From positions 105,152,001 through 105,216,000 of the forward strand of contig NC_043004.1 of NCBI RefSeq assembly GCF_006345805.1: a DNA stretch of 64,000 bases. Reading direction: 5' to 3'. This DNA is from Octopus sinensis. Its lineage: Eukaryota. This document shows, in pieces, positions 11,937 to 24,316 of the stretch. The first letter of the stretch is position 1. Each line of letters starts with the position of its first letter. Position numbers and translations under genes: made by a program. The notes beneath the pieces are model-generated. The model saw only the letters and a program-made list of their open reading frames with translations. It had not been told where the DNA came from and made no database searches.

Positions 11937-12755
11937 TGTTAGAAGATCACATTGAAGTGGTACATTCTATTTTTGACTCAATTTCTATATCAGGGTGGCT
12001 TTCCTAATGCCAACCACTTAACGGAGTGTACTGATGCTCTTTATTTTATCGTGGAATCAATACAAATGGTTATCTTTTCTCTGACAAGACTAAAGACTTC
12101 TCTCTTTTGTCTCCTGTCTACTTTCTGCCTTATTTTGTCTGTATCTGTTCAGGGCACCATGACTGAAATGATGAGGGACGAAGTGATGAAAAAGAAGGGA
12201 CCAGAGTAAGAGTGTGAGAAAGTAAGACGGGAGAATATAGAGTGAAAGGTGTGAGCGGAGAACATTCAAGAAAAAAGTAAGGGTCTTTGTGGTTTTCCTC
12301 TCTGTTTGCAATCATCTTTAAAAAAATTTCTTTTAATGTATCATATAGATGTAATTTTTGACGCTGAATCCGAATTTATTATTCATTTATTCCAGAAAAT
12401 TTTTGCAAAAATGTTACAGGTATTCAACGTTTGATACTTTTCAGAATTTTCGGCCAATTGCGAGCAAATTAAATATTTGAAAGCTGCGAACAAACAAATC
12501 AACAGGAGTTGCTAGAAATAACAGTCAAAACATTGTTTAAAACAGCCATTTATTAGTTTAAAGAATTCCAGAACGAAAGTTTGCAATACACTCTAGGATT
12601 TTATAAAATAAACTAGCTGGCCTCCTGCTGTCAAAAATAACGGCTAACTGTGTAGTATTTTAGAGTTGAATTGCTGTTTGATTTTTTTTCTTTTCAGCGT
12701 TGAATGTTCACTATCTCACTTCCATTGCACAAACGCAAACACACACACACACACA

Positions 12756-12786
<31 letters not shown>

Positions 12787-12851
12787 CACCACACACACAC
12801 ACACACACACATTCACATACCTCCCTTTTACATGCACCCACATACACTTAC

Positions 12852-12931
12852 ACAGAGTTGAAATGCTCCCACTGCCGGTTTATCATCGCCCTTTCCTTCC
12901 TTTTTTCATCTACCACCCCTTCCTTTCTCAT
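12852..12931 (-). CDS. candidate first coding exon of an unidentified gene (MRKEGVVDEKRKERAMINRQWEHFNS-V)
   Basis: Open frame from ATG at 12931 to a consensus donor GTAAGT at 12851-12846, about 80 bp downstream of the NRF1/X-box pair. No homologue recognised. Confidence 0.3.
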
Positions 12932-13011
12932 TCATATGTTGTGACGGAAAAAAACACAAGAGTATTACTATAGTAGAAGATTATCTTTCTCGTATCGCCT
13001 TCTCCTCCTCG

Positions 13012-13046
13012 TGCGCATGCGCAGCATCTTTGGTTACTATGGAAAC
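13012..13046. promoter_or_regulatory. NRF1 motif plus RFX X-box, promoter-like
   Basis: Perfect TGCGCATGCGCA at 13012-13023 and GTTACTATGGAAAC at 13033-13046, within a local CpG cluster in unique sequence. Confidence 0.65.
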
Positions 13047-13479
13047 AGAGTTTTTCGCCGCGGTGATGAGTAAAATACTCGCTTCTGAGTGTCTAGAATA
13101 CGCAAATTTTGCAAATTTTAAAGGCTAATAACATATTAATTATGGATTTATAGGGAAAGTGAATTTCCTTTTCATAATTAGTATACAAAACTTAATTCAT
13201 ATACCAAATTTGAAAACAATTGGAACAAAATTGTAAAGAGTGACGAAAACCACAAAGATCCAAAAGTTTACAGAAAAGATAGTGATAGACAGCCAAATGT
13301 TAAATGTTGGTAAGGAGAGTGAGTAGAAAAATAGCAAAAGCAGCGTCGGTCTATCAGAGTTAGACGAAGCTTCTTGTTTTATAACCTGTTTTGTTCATGT
13401 GATCGTTACAAAACCATGTGTTCTCTATTTCGTATGTTGAGTACTCTTTTTTATTTGAGGTTATGAACTACACCCTATG

Positions 13480-13482
<3 letters not shown>

Positions 13483-13516
<34 letters not shown>

Positions 13517-13552
13517 TGTGTGTATGTGTGTAGACAGAGACAGACAGACAGT

Positions 13553-13647
<95 letters not shown>
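13483..13647. repeat. (TG)n + (GATA)n microsatellite
   Basis: Direct reading. Confidence 0.95.
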
Positions 13648-13649
<2 letters not shown>

Positions 13650-13699
13650 TCACCTACAGTAAAACGAAATGTTAATATCATTTGTAATAAGTTCGTGAA

Positions 13700-14370
13700 A
13701 AATTATCCAAAATGAACGAAATTCTGTAAATTCTCCTTGAGCTAATCACACAGCCTTAACCCGATCAGGCATGGATTTGCTGGAATTATCAATGCCGGAT
13801 CGGTCCATGTTTTACCCACTCTTCGATTAATGTTTCTCTCAGTTCAGTACCTGATGGGGTTTACGACAGTCTCGCTCGAACCTTCTATCTATATGTCCCA
13901 TATGCGTGCTACTGGATTAAGATCGGAGCTTTTGAGATGTCTTTTTCGGAAATTTGAGTTTCTGTGAGTTCTTTTCGAAATTCGTGACACCTTCCTTGTT
14001 TATATGGCATGGGGGCTCCATCTTCTCGATAAAGATTAGGCGGCTCATCAATTCCTACGCTGGAATATGTAATAAACCCTCAAGTATTTTACAGTGTTTT
14101 AGGTTATTTTAATGACTTTTTTTTTTTCAGCAGAAATGAGATCTGACCTGCCTATCACGCAAATAAAACAATTTACTTTGAACTGGAAAATCAGCAGAAT
14201 TTGCTTTCGTTCAACCATGTTAATGATAGCCGAACCTCATTTTTTTTTGCTGTAGTATTCTGTAGCTCAGTTGAACGCTTTAGTCTTATTAGCTTCTGAA
14301 ATCATTAGTTTCTTCCTTGCAATTCCTTGTTCATATTCAAGGGCTTTCAATACTTTTCTTTCACGACATG
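13700..14370 (-). mobile_element. degenerate Tc1-family transposase fragment
   Basis: Minus-strand translation gives ARKKLMISEANKTK, a frameshifted F.EDGAPCH, SSDLNPVARIWD and LRETLIEEW...SMPDRVKAV. These correspond to the Tc1 motifs ARKKP, QDNAPCH, SPDLNPIENLW and SMP.R..AV. Confidence 0.75.
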
Positions 14371-14649
14371 GTAACAAATATATATGTAAGCTCGTTTATT
14401 GCTGATTCGTTCATCACTGATCCGGGATAACACCGTACGCTCAATTATGGACTATGTTATGCTTATCACGGATTGATTTATAACACGGATCGGTAATCAC
14501 TCGAAGACACTGCTTGTACTGCAAAAACGCGCCCTAGCGACTACTCACAATGTTCAGTTACCCAGAATGCACTAACTATCGCTTGTGTTTACATGACAAT
14601 ACTGCATGGTTGCATATTTTTCATGTGTATTTATATGTCCGTACCCTGC

Positions 14650-14810
14650 AACATGAGATCATTGAACAGAAGAAATATGAAGACGTCTGATCCAAACAAA
14701 CGATGCAGGCAACTAGAGACAATCAAGAAAATACGTGATGGTGGAAGCTTTGCTGCTGTGTGACGCGAGTTTCGTGTCAATGAATTTACCATTCGTTCCG
14801 TTTACGAAGT
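14650..14810 (+). mobile_element. pogo/Tigger transposase N-terminal HTH (psq-like) remnant
   Basis: LETIKKIRDGGSFAAV*REFRVNEFTIRSVY. Confidence 0.55.
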
Positions 14811-15178
14811 GAGAGGAATGATTCGTTTATCACTGATTCATTTATAACTTTTTAAACCAACCCCACCCACCGTTTTCAATGAGAATATATGTATTTAGAA
14901 TCTACCTCTTCTCTAGTAGTTACAAATCGAGGTTTAATAACTTCCTTTTTAACTACTCGTTTTACCTTCTCTCATCTGTGCACCGCAGATCTCGTCTTCA
15001 CTCGGTTATGTCTCTCTTCAATCAACTTCTTGACTATGTTATTCGCTGTTTGGTGATTGATACTGACAGATTGAACTATTTCTAGACTGAACTTTCTACA
15101 ATAACAGCAGCCGATGTAAATTCATCGATATCTCTTTTCTCTCTATGGTTTTCATTGCTATCAAATTAAATTTACAAT

Positions 15179-15181
<3 letters not shown>

Positions 15182-15267
<86 letters not shown>

Positions 15268-15272
15268 TCTCA

Positions 15273-15315
<43 letters not shown>
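15182..15315. repeat. (CT)n/(CA)n microsatellite
   Basis: Direct reading. Confidence 0.95.
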
Positions 15316-15360
15316 TCAGAGTTAAATCCAGGAGACAGTGATTCCGATAAACACAATTAG

Positions 15361-15960
15361 GCTTGATATATATAAATATGGATCTTAAGAACTTTCCGGT
15401 CCAGAGAACAATGTGTCATCATACCACTTTTCTCCTCCTTTGTACGGCCACACCTCGAATACTGCTGCCCACTGTGGTCTCCCCATACAAGACAAAACAT
15501 CTCGAGGATTGAATCACCCCAGAGAGCACTCACTAAACGAATTGAAGGCATGGCTGCTCTCGATTATTGGGATCGCCTTAAAGCCTTGAAACTTTACTCT
15601 CTCCAGCGTCGCCGTGAGCGGTACATCATTTATACGATGTGGAGAATATACCGCCAACTTTGCCCAAACGTCCTTAACATTAGCTTCAAGGTTCATCCAA
15701 GACGGGACCACGGGCCATACGTTCCCTGCCCAATTCAAGATCACAGCATACATGTACACTGCAACATAATTTCTTTTCCTCAACAGGCCCTGCCCTATTC
15801 AACATTGTCCCGAAAGAGATCAAAGAGGAAAAGGATCCCATCAACTTTAAACGGAGTCTGGATAGATTCCTTCAAAGAATACCAGATAAGCCACCCATAA
15901 TTGGATACAACTCACCCAACAAAAACTCACTACTTGAATGGACCATAAACAAAACTTGAC
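15361..15960 (+). mobile_element. 5'-truncated CR1/L2-clade LINE, ORF2 C-terminal part
   Basis: WILRTFRSREQCVIIPLFSSFVRPHLEYCCPLWSPH...LDYWDRLKALKLYSLQRRRERY, typical of the post-RT region; frameshifted. Confidence 0.85.
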
Positions 15961-16483
15961 TTAAACAGGATTCAAATAATCCTATCAGGTGGTGCTATTA
16001 AGTTAGACATGGCCTGGACCAATCTTTGGTCGAAACATATCCAAGTTTTACATTTGAACATATAGATATATATATATAGTAATATAGGAATTGAATTCAT
16101 ATACGTCCCTAAAGAAGAAGAAACCTATCTAATTAGAAAGAAAGCAAGAAAGAAAATCAATAGTTGGTTAAAAACTTTGCAGGCTAGGCGTTACTGTCAG
16201 AAGGCAAAGGGTGAGGACAAATACCACAAGGCGTTTTGTCCAGCTTGCGAATAATTTTGCCAAGTTAAGCAGAAATGGCAGCGTGGTAAGCAGTTCGCTT
16301 CACAACCAGTTTGATCCCACTCTATGGCACCTAAGGCATGTGTTTTAGACATACCAAAGGTTACCTACTGTCTTATGAGTAGAGTTTACTTGGTTGAAAC
16401 CGTGCAGAAGCCTACCTCGTTTAACGTGAATGAAAACTCGTTTTAGTGAAGCTTCATGTAGCAGCATTTCAACAGACAAAACA

Positions 16484-16528
<45 letters not shown>

Positions 16529-17015
16529 CACACACACACCAGCGCGCGTGCATATACACTCAAAACGTTCTTATTGTTTTGCCATTTTAACCTCGTAAGA
16601 AGGATCTCGTTGCAATCCAAGCACATACGCAAATGGAGACGATCAGTCAATGGCACTCGGGTTTGCTTCGCTTCCTGTCGGGAGTGTTTGCTCGTAGGCT
16701 TTTCCTACCAAATTATGACGCAATTTTGCAACATCCTAAAATGCATTTATTTTATTATGGTTTTCTTCAAAATTAATTTAGTATTCTTGCTATCCACATA
16801 GGCATAAAAGCAGGATCATCAAATACCTAAATAAAGATTATTTTTTAAAGGGTTGAAGGAGTAAAGGAAAGCGTTGTTGCAGAATCATTAAGATTTGCTC
16901 TGCATTGTTATTTAGTCGGACTAAATAAAGACGACATACAAAATTCAAACGAGGGTAATGCTTCAAAACTTTCTCTCTCGCTCTCGTTCACACACACACT
17001 GAATATAAAAAAAAC

Positions 17016-18900
17016 TCATAAAAAAGATGGAGAAGAGCGTAAAGTTAAAGATATCATAACACCACGTTTACAAGCCATTATCCAATAGAAAGTATTAATT
17101 TTTCCTCTTTTTAATCGCTCGAAAGAAGAAGCTGGGAACTCACTCAATCGTTTCTTGCTTCTTGTGGATGGCTTGAAAATTTCAAGAAACGATACAAGCT
17201 CCAAGAATTTAGATAACAAAAGAATCAGTATGCGTTCAGATCTAAGCCACAGTGAAATTTCCATTATTATTGAAGGGCTTTCATTATAGAAAGAAGTAAA
17301 TATCAAATACTCAACATTTGGCTGTGTGCTAAGTAGTGGCTGTGTGCTAAGTAGCTTGCTTACCAACCACATGGTTCTGGGTTCAGTCCCACAGCGTGGC
17401 ACCTTGGCAAGTGCCTTCTACTATAGCCTCGGGCCGACCAAAGCCTTGTGAGTGGATTTGGTAGACGGAAACTGAAAGAAGCCCGTCAATGACTTTCAAG
17501 TTACGGCTCAGCTGCTTTCGTTACACTTCTTACGAATGTAACAGAGTTATTTAATATATACGAACGAATGCAGACTAGTTTTGACGCGTTTACCCTCTAA
17601 AACATTATCTCAAAGTAGGGGAAATACATACCAGGACATAATGCAATAAAAGAACATTTCACATTGTTGTTTGGAGCAGAATCCACTGCTTGTTTATTGT
17701 TCCAGTACTTCAAGACCAACAAAAGATTTTTCCAGATCTCGTTTGTCCATTTCCACCTCCCTTTTACTTGTTCCAATCACTGGACCTCAACCAAATTGAG
17801 ACACTGTCTCCAAGGGTTTAGTCGTTCAAAATCGACCGCAGTACTTATTTTTTGAAAGTGAATCTTTTTTGCCGAACCGCTTGGTTACATGGACGTAAAC
17901 AAATCAACCCAGTTTTCAAGCGGTATGGAGGACAAACACATGCACATATAGACGACAGGCTTCCACATAGTTTCCGTCTACCAAATATACTCAAAAGGTA
18001 TTGGCCGGCTCGGGGCTATAGTAGAAGGCATTTGCTCAAGAAATCGTACAGTGGGTTTGAACCCGGAACGACGTGGTTTCAAAGCCAGCATCTTAACTAC
18101 TCAGCCAAGCCTAAAGATCCAGCATAAATTTTGGTTTGCACCGGATTTGTTTGCTCAATTGTTCGATTAACAGTTCTGCCTTGATATGAAATGTTACTGT
18201 GAAAGGAATACTTTTGTGCCAAGAACATTGCTTTTGGGATAACACTCCCGGCCAACTCTCAAATTTCGATTCACTCTAAACATGTGCATCAATTGAAGTC
18301 ACCCTCATTTTACTAAACACAACATCATTACTACAGCCTTAAAGATCAGGGATTTATTTTCGTTTTCAGGTCATATCATCTTAGAAATTTATATCAGTTG
18401 ATTACAGTAACTGGAGATGAGAATTAGTCGGTTAAGAATTTCAGAAAAATTACATTATGCAAGCAATGATATTTTATTAAAGATACTCAGGAAGGAATTA
18501 AAAGAGATATGCCTTATTGGAGTTTGAAAGGAAAGTAATTTGTCCGAATATTGTTCAGAAAAATCCTAGGGAAGAGGGTGAAACAGTTTCTCTCGGCAGC
18601 AGAGCAGGATGGGATTTGAAGAAGTTAATGGATATTCAGAGTTTATTGCACGCTGATAATTGTAAGGAGTAACTAGAACCATGAACGTTTAGTTCAGATA
18701 ACCGAATAAGAGATTCTTCCACAACTGGTTATTAATAACAGATGATTTATTTATAAATTTTAGTGAAATGAATTGTACTTTAGGACGATTTTTAGAAAGT
18801 GATCCAAATTCTGAACGAAGCATGAAAGCTTAATTGGAGGATTGAATTGTTCTGGGGAAAATCAAAGCTGTCAAACCTTGATGACTTTATTTTTATGATT
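17016..18900 (+). mobile_element. pogo/Tigger transposase remnant (CENP-B HTH + DDE_1), split by SINEs
   Basis: FLASCGWLENFKKRY (~17140-17190); RLPSKTL and IPGHNAIKEHFTLLFG (~17590-17680); DNTPG-like and LNTTSLLQP*DQG (~18240-18350); FLESDPNSERS (~18800). SINEs are inserted at about 17318-17470 and 17758-18110. Confidence 0.75.
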
Positions 18901-19191
18901 ATATAAATAAAATCGAACAAAACTGGTAATACCATATTTTTTTTTTTTTTGATTGACTTGATAAAATTTTGTTCAGAGGTATTCTAGGTCGACTTTATTT
19001 CGAATAAGTATATATTTCTTTCAATAATTAAAAGAACTATCGACATACAATCTGTTCTTTCTTCCTCTAATAGCAAAATAAAAATTGGAACAATAATTTC
19101 ATTTATCAAGTTGTGTGTGTTTATGTGTATGTGTGTGTGTGTATGTGTGTGTGTGTGTGTGTGTGTGAGTGTGTGTGTGTGTGAGTGTGTG

Positions 19192-19232
<41 letters not shown>

Positions 19233-19479
19233 TTGTGTGTGTGTGCGTGCATATGAGCTTTTGTTTATGCTTACTGACTAAAATCCGGTGTTGGTTACGT
19301 TGTATCCTTTTATATTCCGTAATTTACTCCGGGGGCCGAAATTTGCGCTTTTGCCTTTTCTTCTGATTTCTCGTAAGACCCTTCGCTTTCGTTCCCGTTT
19401 TCTCATATCACTATAACCTCAACTTGAACGCCTACTCCTAGCTTTCAATTCATATTCACTGAATTTATTTCTTATTTCC

Positions 19480-19750
19480 TGATTGGATGGAAGCACTCCG
19501 TCGGTTACGACGACGAGGGTTCCGGTTGATCCGAATCAACGGAACAGCCTGCTCGTGAAATTAACGTGTAAGTGGCTGAGCACTCCACAGACACGTGTAC
19601 CCTTAACGTAGTTCTCGGGGATATTCAGCGTGACACAGAGAGTGACAAGGCCGGCCCCTTGAAATACAGGTACAACAGAAACAGGAAGTAAGAGTGAGAG
19701 AAAGTTGTGGTGAAAGAGTACAGCAGGGATCACCACCATCCCCTGCCGGA
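19480..19750 (-). mobile_element. 5'-truncated SINE of the 22172 family
   Basis: Reverse complement matches 22300-22548. Confidence 0.85.
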
Positions 19751-19754
19751 TTAT

Positions 19755-20420
19755 TACATTTTCAAATACTCAAGAAGATCCAGAGCAACATCTATTCACA
19801 CTTTCTGACTGCTAGGCCTCATTTCTTTCGTTTATCTTCCGATTATATCGTTCCAAAGAATTGCCAGAAAGATCATTTCTAGGTTCCCCGTTTTCTTACT
19901 CGGTCCTTCTGCTTCCCGTTTTGCGTCAGCTGTTGTTTGGTGCCAGTTGATACAATGCGTGTTTTAATTTCTCGAAAACCCTATACACAATCTAGGCAGC
20001 ACCAAAATATGACGGTCGTCTTTTATCAGGGCCAGAATATTCCAACGATGCGTAGAGACAGAGTTAAAGAAATACAGACGCTGAAGAAAGTCAAAAAAAT
20101 GTTACAATCTGGGAACAGCACTATCACTTTTACTCTCAACAAGTTTATGTTGTGGAATGCAGAATAGGGAACATAAATGGCGAATCCATGATTACAATGC
20201 AATATAAACGCCCAGACATATTTGAGGTGCTGTTATACGACTAGCTATGGCAGTTTGATGGCGAAATCTTGTCCTTGTTAAGGAAACATATCTGCTAGAT
20301 TTATTGCTCCATGAGAAAATATGTGGATAAACTTAATGAAATGCCCTACAAACCTTACATCTTCGAATGTACTGGATAATAAATGTTAGCTAATCAGCGT
20401 GTGAGATGGAATAATATTGA
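19755..20420 (-). mobile_element. degenerate hAT transposase fragment
   Basis: SYNSTSNMSG, AIYVPYSAFHNINLL (cf. YVHC.AH.LNL), FFDFLQRLYFF..STHRWNIL, NLEMIFLAILWNDI. Confidence 0.75.
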
Positions 20421-20863
20421 ATAATACCTTGCCTCTCTTATTTCTTCAAGAATAACACAAAAACATATTCCATTCAGTCAATAAATTCTTCACAATTTTT
20501 TGTCGAGAAAAATGATAGGTTCCATTTTCCACTATTACGTTTTAAGGTTTTTTTTTTTAAAGTCTGATTCCCTCAGAAGCTTTTGAGTACCTAGACACTC
20601 TCTATTTTGGCTGACCGATGACTTAGATCATCACACTGAAAGTGCAAACCGCCTTTGTGATTCTGAGATAATGATGAGCCGCTATGAATCCAGCCATCAG
20701 CTGTGTTAGGATACTTAACACTCCATAACCCCAGGTTTGTATCAGGAATCCGCAAACTTTGCTATTGCAGATTAGAGTATTTTCCCTTGTTGAATATTTC
20801 TAGCAGCAACGACAAATCCAGAGGTAATGCATTACTGCATTACCTCTGGATATCCTTGTTGCT

Positions 20864-20955
<92 letters not shown>

Positions 20956-20961
20956 ATATAT
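20864..20961. repeat. (TA)n microsatellite
   Basis: Direct reading. Confidence 0.95.
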
Positions 20962-21789
20962 AATCATGTTTGTGAACATTACCCTTTCCCTGTAAATACA
21001 AATCTTCAATAACCGAGGAAAGAAAATGTGCATTATGCTTATGCTTTCTTAACGCAAATATGTTCAATCATTTAGGCTTCCTGACGCACTGGACATCGGA
21101 TATAAACATTCATTGGCGTACTGTATGAGAAATAAAAAAAAACAACGAAAACACCCCTATGTTTTAAAGTTTAGCATTTTGAAATAAGATATTCTTTCTA
21201 CTATAGGCACATGGCCAGAAATTTTGGGGACGGAGACCAGTCAATTACATCAACCCCAGTGCTCAACTGGTATTTATTTTATCGATTCCAAAAGGTAAAG
21301 TCAACTGCGGCGGAATTTGAATTCAGGACACAAAGCCGAAAGAAATGCCGTGAAGGATTTCGTCCGGCGTGCAAACGATTCTGCTCGTTCGCTACCTTAT
21401 TTTGAAACAAAATACCGAAAACTTTTTCTTGAGTCTTGAGGAAGGAGCAGTACCCATGACTTTTGCAGGCTCTCCGAGACCAATGATCTCGATGCCGTTT
21501 CATGTTCCGATTTAATCAACACCTGCAAGAATGACAAGAATAAGAGGAAGGATCCAAAGGGCAGATGTTCCGGAGAGAAAGGACTAAACATGATGGTTAT
21601 TGCAAGCACAATTGGATAATGAACACAAGAAGGGTAACGAAGGTGGACAGTGGTATGGATCGAGGATGCTTGAGATATGAAACCAACTAACTTCGAGGAG
21701 CAAAAGTTATGATATAATACTAGCGGTACCACTTGAGCTACTCTTAAACCCTAACCCTAGGCCCAACTCTCAACCTAACCCAGATAAGG

Positions 21790-22030
21790 TCATTTAACAG
21801 CATAGACTTATTGCGGTAGACTGAACACTAAAAAGGTACCGAAGTAGCGATAAAAAAGATAGAAAGAGGAGTATGTTCATAAGTGATTGAATGCCAGTTA
21901 ATCGAGTGACCCTTGTCTGGATACGATCCAGGATGTCTGTACACGTAACAGTAATATTGTTCCATATGCAGGAACAGTGCAACATTGTGGGCCTCATTTG
22001 AGCTTTGTAGAGTGTCAAGAATTATTGGGG
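21790..22030 (-). mobile_element. LINE ORF2 C-terminal fragment
   Basis: TLYKAQMRPTMLHCSCIW...ILDRIQTRVTRL. Similar fragments at about 29050-29340(+) and 61430-61760(+) (TFYKVQVRPILEDCFHIW). Confidence 0.6.
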
Positions 22031-22065
22031 TCTGAAGAGAAATTTTAAGTGTCTTGGATGCAATC

Positions 22066-22157
22066 GCCCTAATATTAGACTATTTATAATGTGTGCTATA
22101 AGCCCTAATATTAGACTATTTATAATGTGTGCTATAAGCCCTAATATTAGAATATTT
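22066..22157. repeat. 36-bp tandem repeat, about 2.5 copies
   Basis: GCCCTAATATTAGACTATTTATAATGTGTGCTATAA occurs twice exactly, plus a partial third copy, with no spacers. Confidence 0.95.
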
Positions 22158-22171
22158 CTATAACCAATATG

Positions 22172-22548
22172 TGGAGGCGAAATGGCCCAGTGCTTAGGGC
22201 AAATGTCTCGCGGTCGGAGGATCTCGGTTTCGATTCCCAGATCGGGCGTTGTGAGTGTTTATTGAGCGAAAGCACCTAAAGCTCCACGAGGCTCCGGTAG
22301 AGGTGGTGGTGAACCCTGCTGTACTCTTTCACCACAGCTTTCTCTCACTCTTTCTTCTTTCTGTTGTACCTGTATTTCAAAGGGCCAACCTTGTCACACT
22401 CTGTGTCACGCTGAATCTTCCCCGAGAACTACGTTAAGGGTACACGTGTCTGTGGAGTGCTCAGCCACTTACCCGTTAATTTCACGAGAAGGCTGTTCCG
22501 TTGATCGGATCAACTGGAACCCTCGTCGTCGTAACCGACGGAATGCCA
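22172..22548 (+). mobile_element. full-length tRNA-derived SINE (~375 bp)
   Basis: A-box/B-box head (TGGCCCAGTGC; GGTTTCGATTCCC) and a 3' end with hairpins such as GTTGATCGGATCAAC. A second copy is at 19480-19750(-). Confidence 0.85.
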
Positions 22549-22727
22549 CGATAGTCAATATACTGTGAAAGCTTAAAATTCTAATTATGAATAACATGTT
22601 TTTTATAAGATACTCAAACATAATCTTTCATTTTATATCCTTTGTTTGTGTCAATCATTAGACAGCTGGAACATCGCCTTGAATGGTTTAGCCAAACTAA
22701 TCGACTCCAGTACTTTCATTTTAAACC

Positions 22728-22785
<58 letters not shown>

Positions 22786-24029
22786 CATACTCAAATGGCT
22801 TCTTTCAAATTCTATCTACTAAATCCACTTCTAAGGCTTTGGTTGGCCTATGGATATAGTAGGAGACACTTGTTCAAGGTGGCCGCGCAATGGATAGCAT
22901 GGCTTTTCCGAAGTCTTAAATTAGATTTTGTAAAATCTGCGACACACCCTTTCAGAACTATTTTCCAAACGGGATAAATTCAATTACACGATTTCTCCTA
23001 TATAGTGATGTCCACCAGGGAAAGTTTGAAGTGCATTCTTTCTAATTAGTTCTTTTGTGAAATCATTTAGGAGAAAAATAAAGTCGATTGAAAATAGTGA
23101 AGGAGAAATTCTTTCTATTACAGGTACAGGGCCAAGTTTTTGGTGGATTGGAGGCAACCTGACTACATTGACTCCGGTGCACGACTGATGCTTATTTCAT
23201 CGACCACGAAAAGATAAAGACGGCCGAAATGCTTGGGAGCATTTGTCCGGCGTGCTAACGACTCAACGAGGTCGCCTTTTTGGTACAAATAGAAATTAAA
23301 ACCGATTCATTTGAAATTCTCCTCCTCGCTCTCAGCTTACTCCCTTTAAGCAGTCCATGTTCCACAGATGCCTGTCCTCTTTCTTATCTTTTCTAAAGCT
23401 TTTACAATACCTTCTCACCCCTCCTCACTTGTCTTTTCTTCTCTCGTCATTCGTATTGTGTTTTGGGAAAGGAAGATTAATGATTGGTGGTTTACTCCAA
23501 ATCATTACTCTCAATCTTCCCATCCAAGAACAGCGATAGAATGAAATCTCTTCGATCTATGTTTTCCTGCCATGGACGAGGAACATTACCGGTTGAACTC
23601 TTCAGTCACGGAGGGCCCGTGAAGGACATGAGCAAAGCGTTATTCTCAACATCAATTCAATAGAAATAAATAAATAAATAGATAAAGGAATAACTACAAA
23701 TTGGTGTCCCACCCCCACCACCACACTACTTCGTTTCCTCCGAATTTTCTTAAAAATGCCTATTTTTAAAGGAAATTTATAGCATAGGGCGTAGATAATG
23801 ATTGTGCTGATAGAATCTAGAAATTTCTCTTTCCCTCTCTTTATATATATATGATATTAGTTTTGGAAGAATTCCGGATATTTTTCTTCACCGATTTGTT
23901 AAAATCAATTTCCGTAACTTCAGAACTTACACGATTTTTTCCCCAGATTTGTTTAAAACATCAATATTACGTAATTTACTCACTCTTTCCTTTTCTCTCC
24001 CCCCATCTACCCAAACCTATCATCTGTCT

Positions 24030-24088
24030 ACCTACCTACCTACTTACTTACCTACCTACCTACCTACCTATATATCTATCTATCCATC

Positions 24089-24121
<33 letters not shown>

Positions 24122-24316
24122 TTATCTATCTATCTATATATCTATCTATCTATCTGTCTGTCTGTCTGTCTGTCTGTCCGTCCGCCCGCCCGCCCGTCCC
24201 TCCCTCCCTCCCTCCCTCCCTCCATCCATCCATCCATCCATCCATCCATCCATCCATCCATCCATCCATCCATCCATCCATCTATCCATCTATCTATCTA
24301 TCTATCTATCTATCTA
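24030..24316. repeat. compound tetranucleotide microsatellite (CTAC/CTAT/GTCT/CCCT/CCAT)
   Basis: Direct reading. Confidence 0.95.

Noticed and set aside
12136-12206. Plus-strand exon-like MTEMMRDEVMKKKGPE with GTAAGA donor
   Set aside because: No supporting promoter or neighbouring exons on that strand and no homology recognised.
17016-17402. 128-aa minus-strand ORF and an apparent exon near 17630-17750
   Set aside because: They are the antisense of the Tigger transposase remnant plus a SINE.
21745-21783. CCCTAA-like telomeric repeats
   Set aside because: Only about 2 intact units, degenerate.
22066-22157. 36-bp direct repeats suggestive of CRISPR
   Set aside because: The repeats are contiguous with no spacers, there are no cas genes, and the context is eukaryotic.
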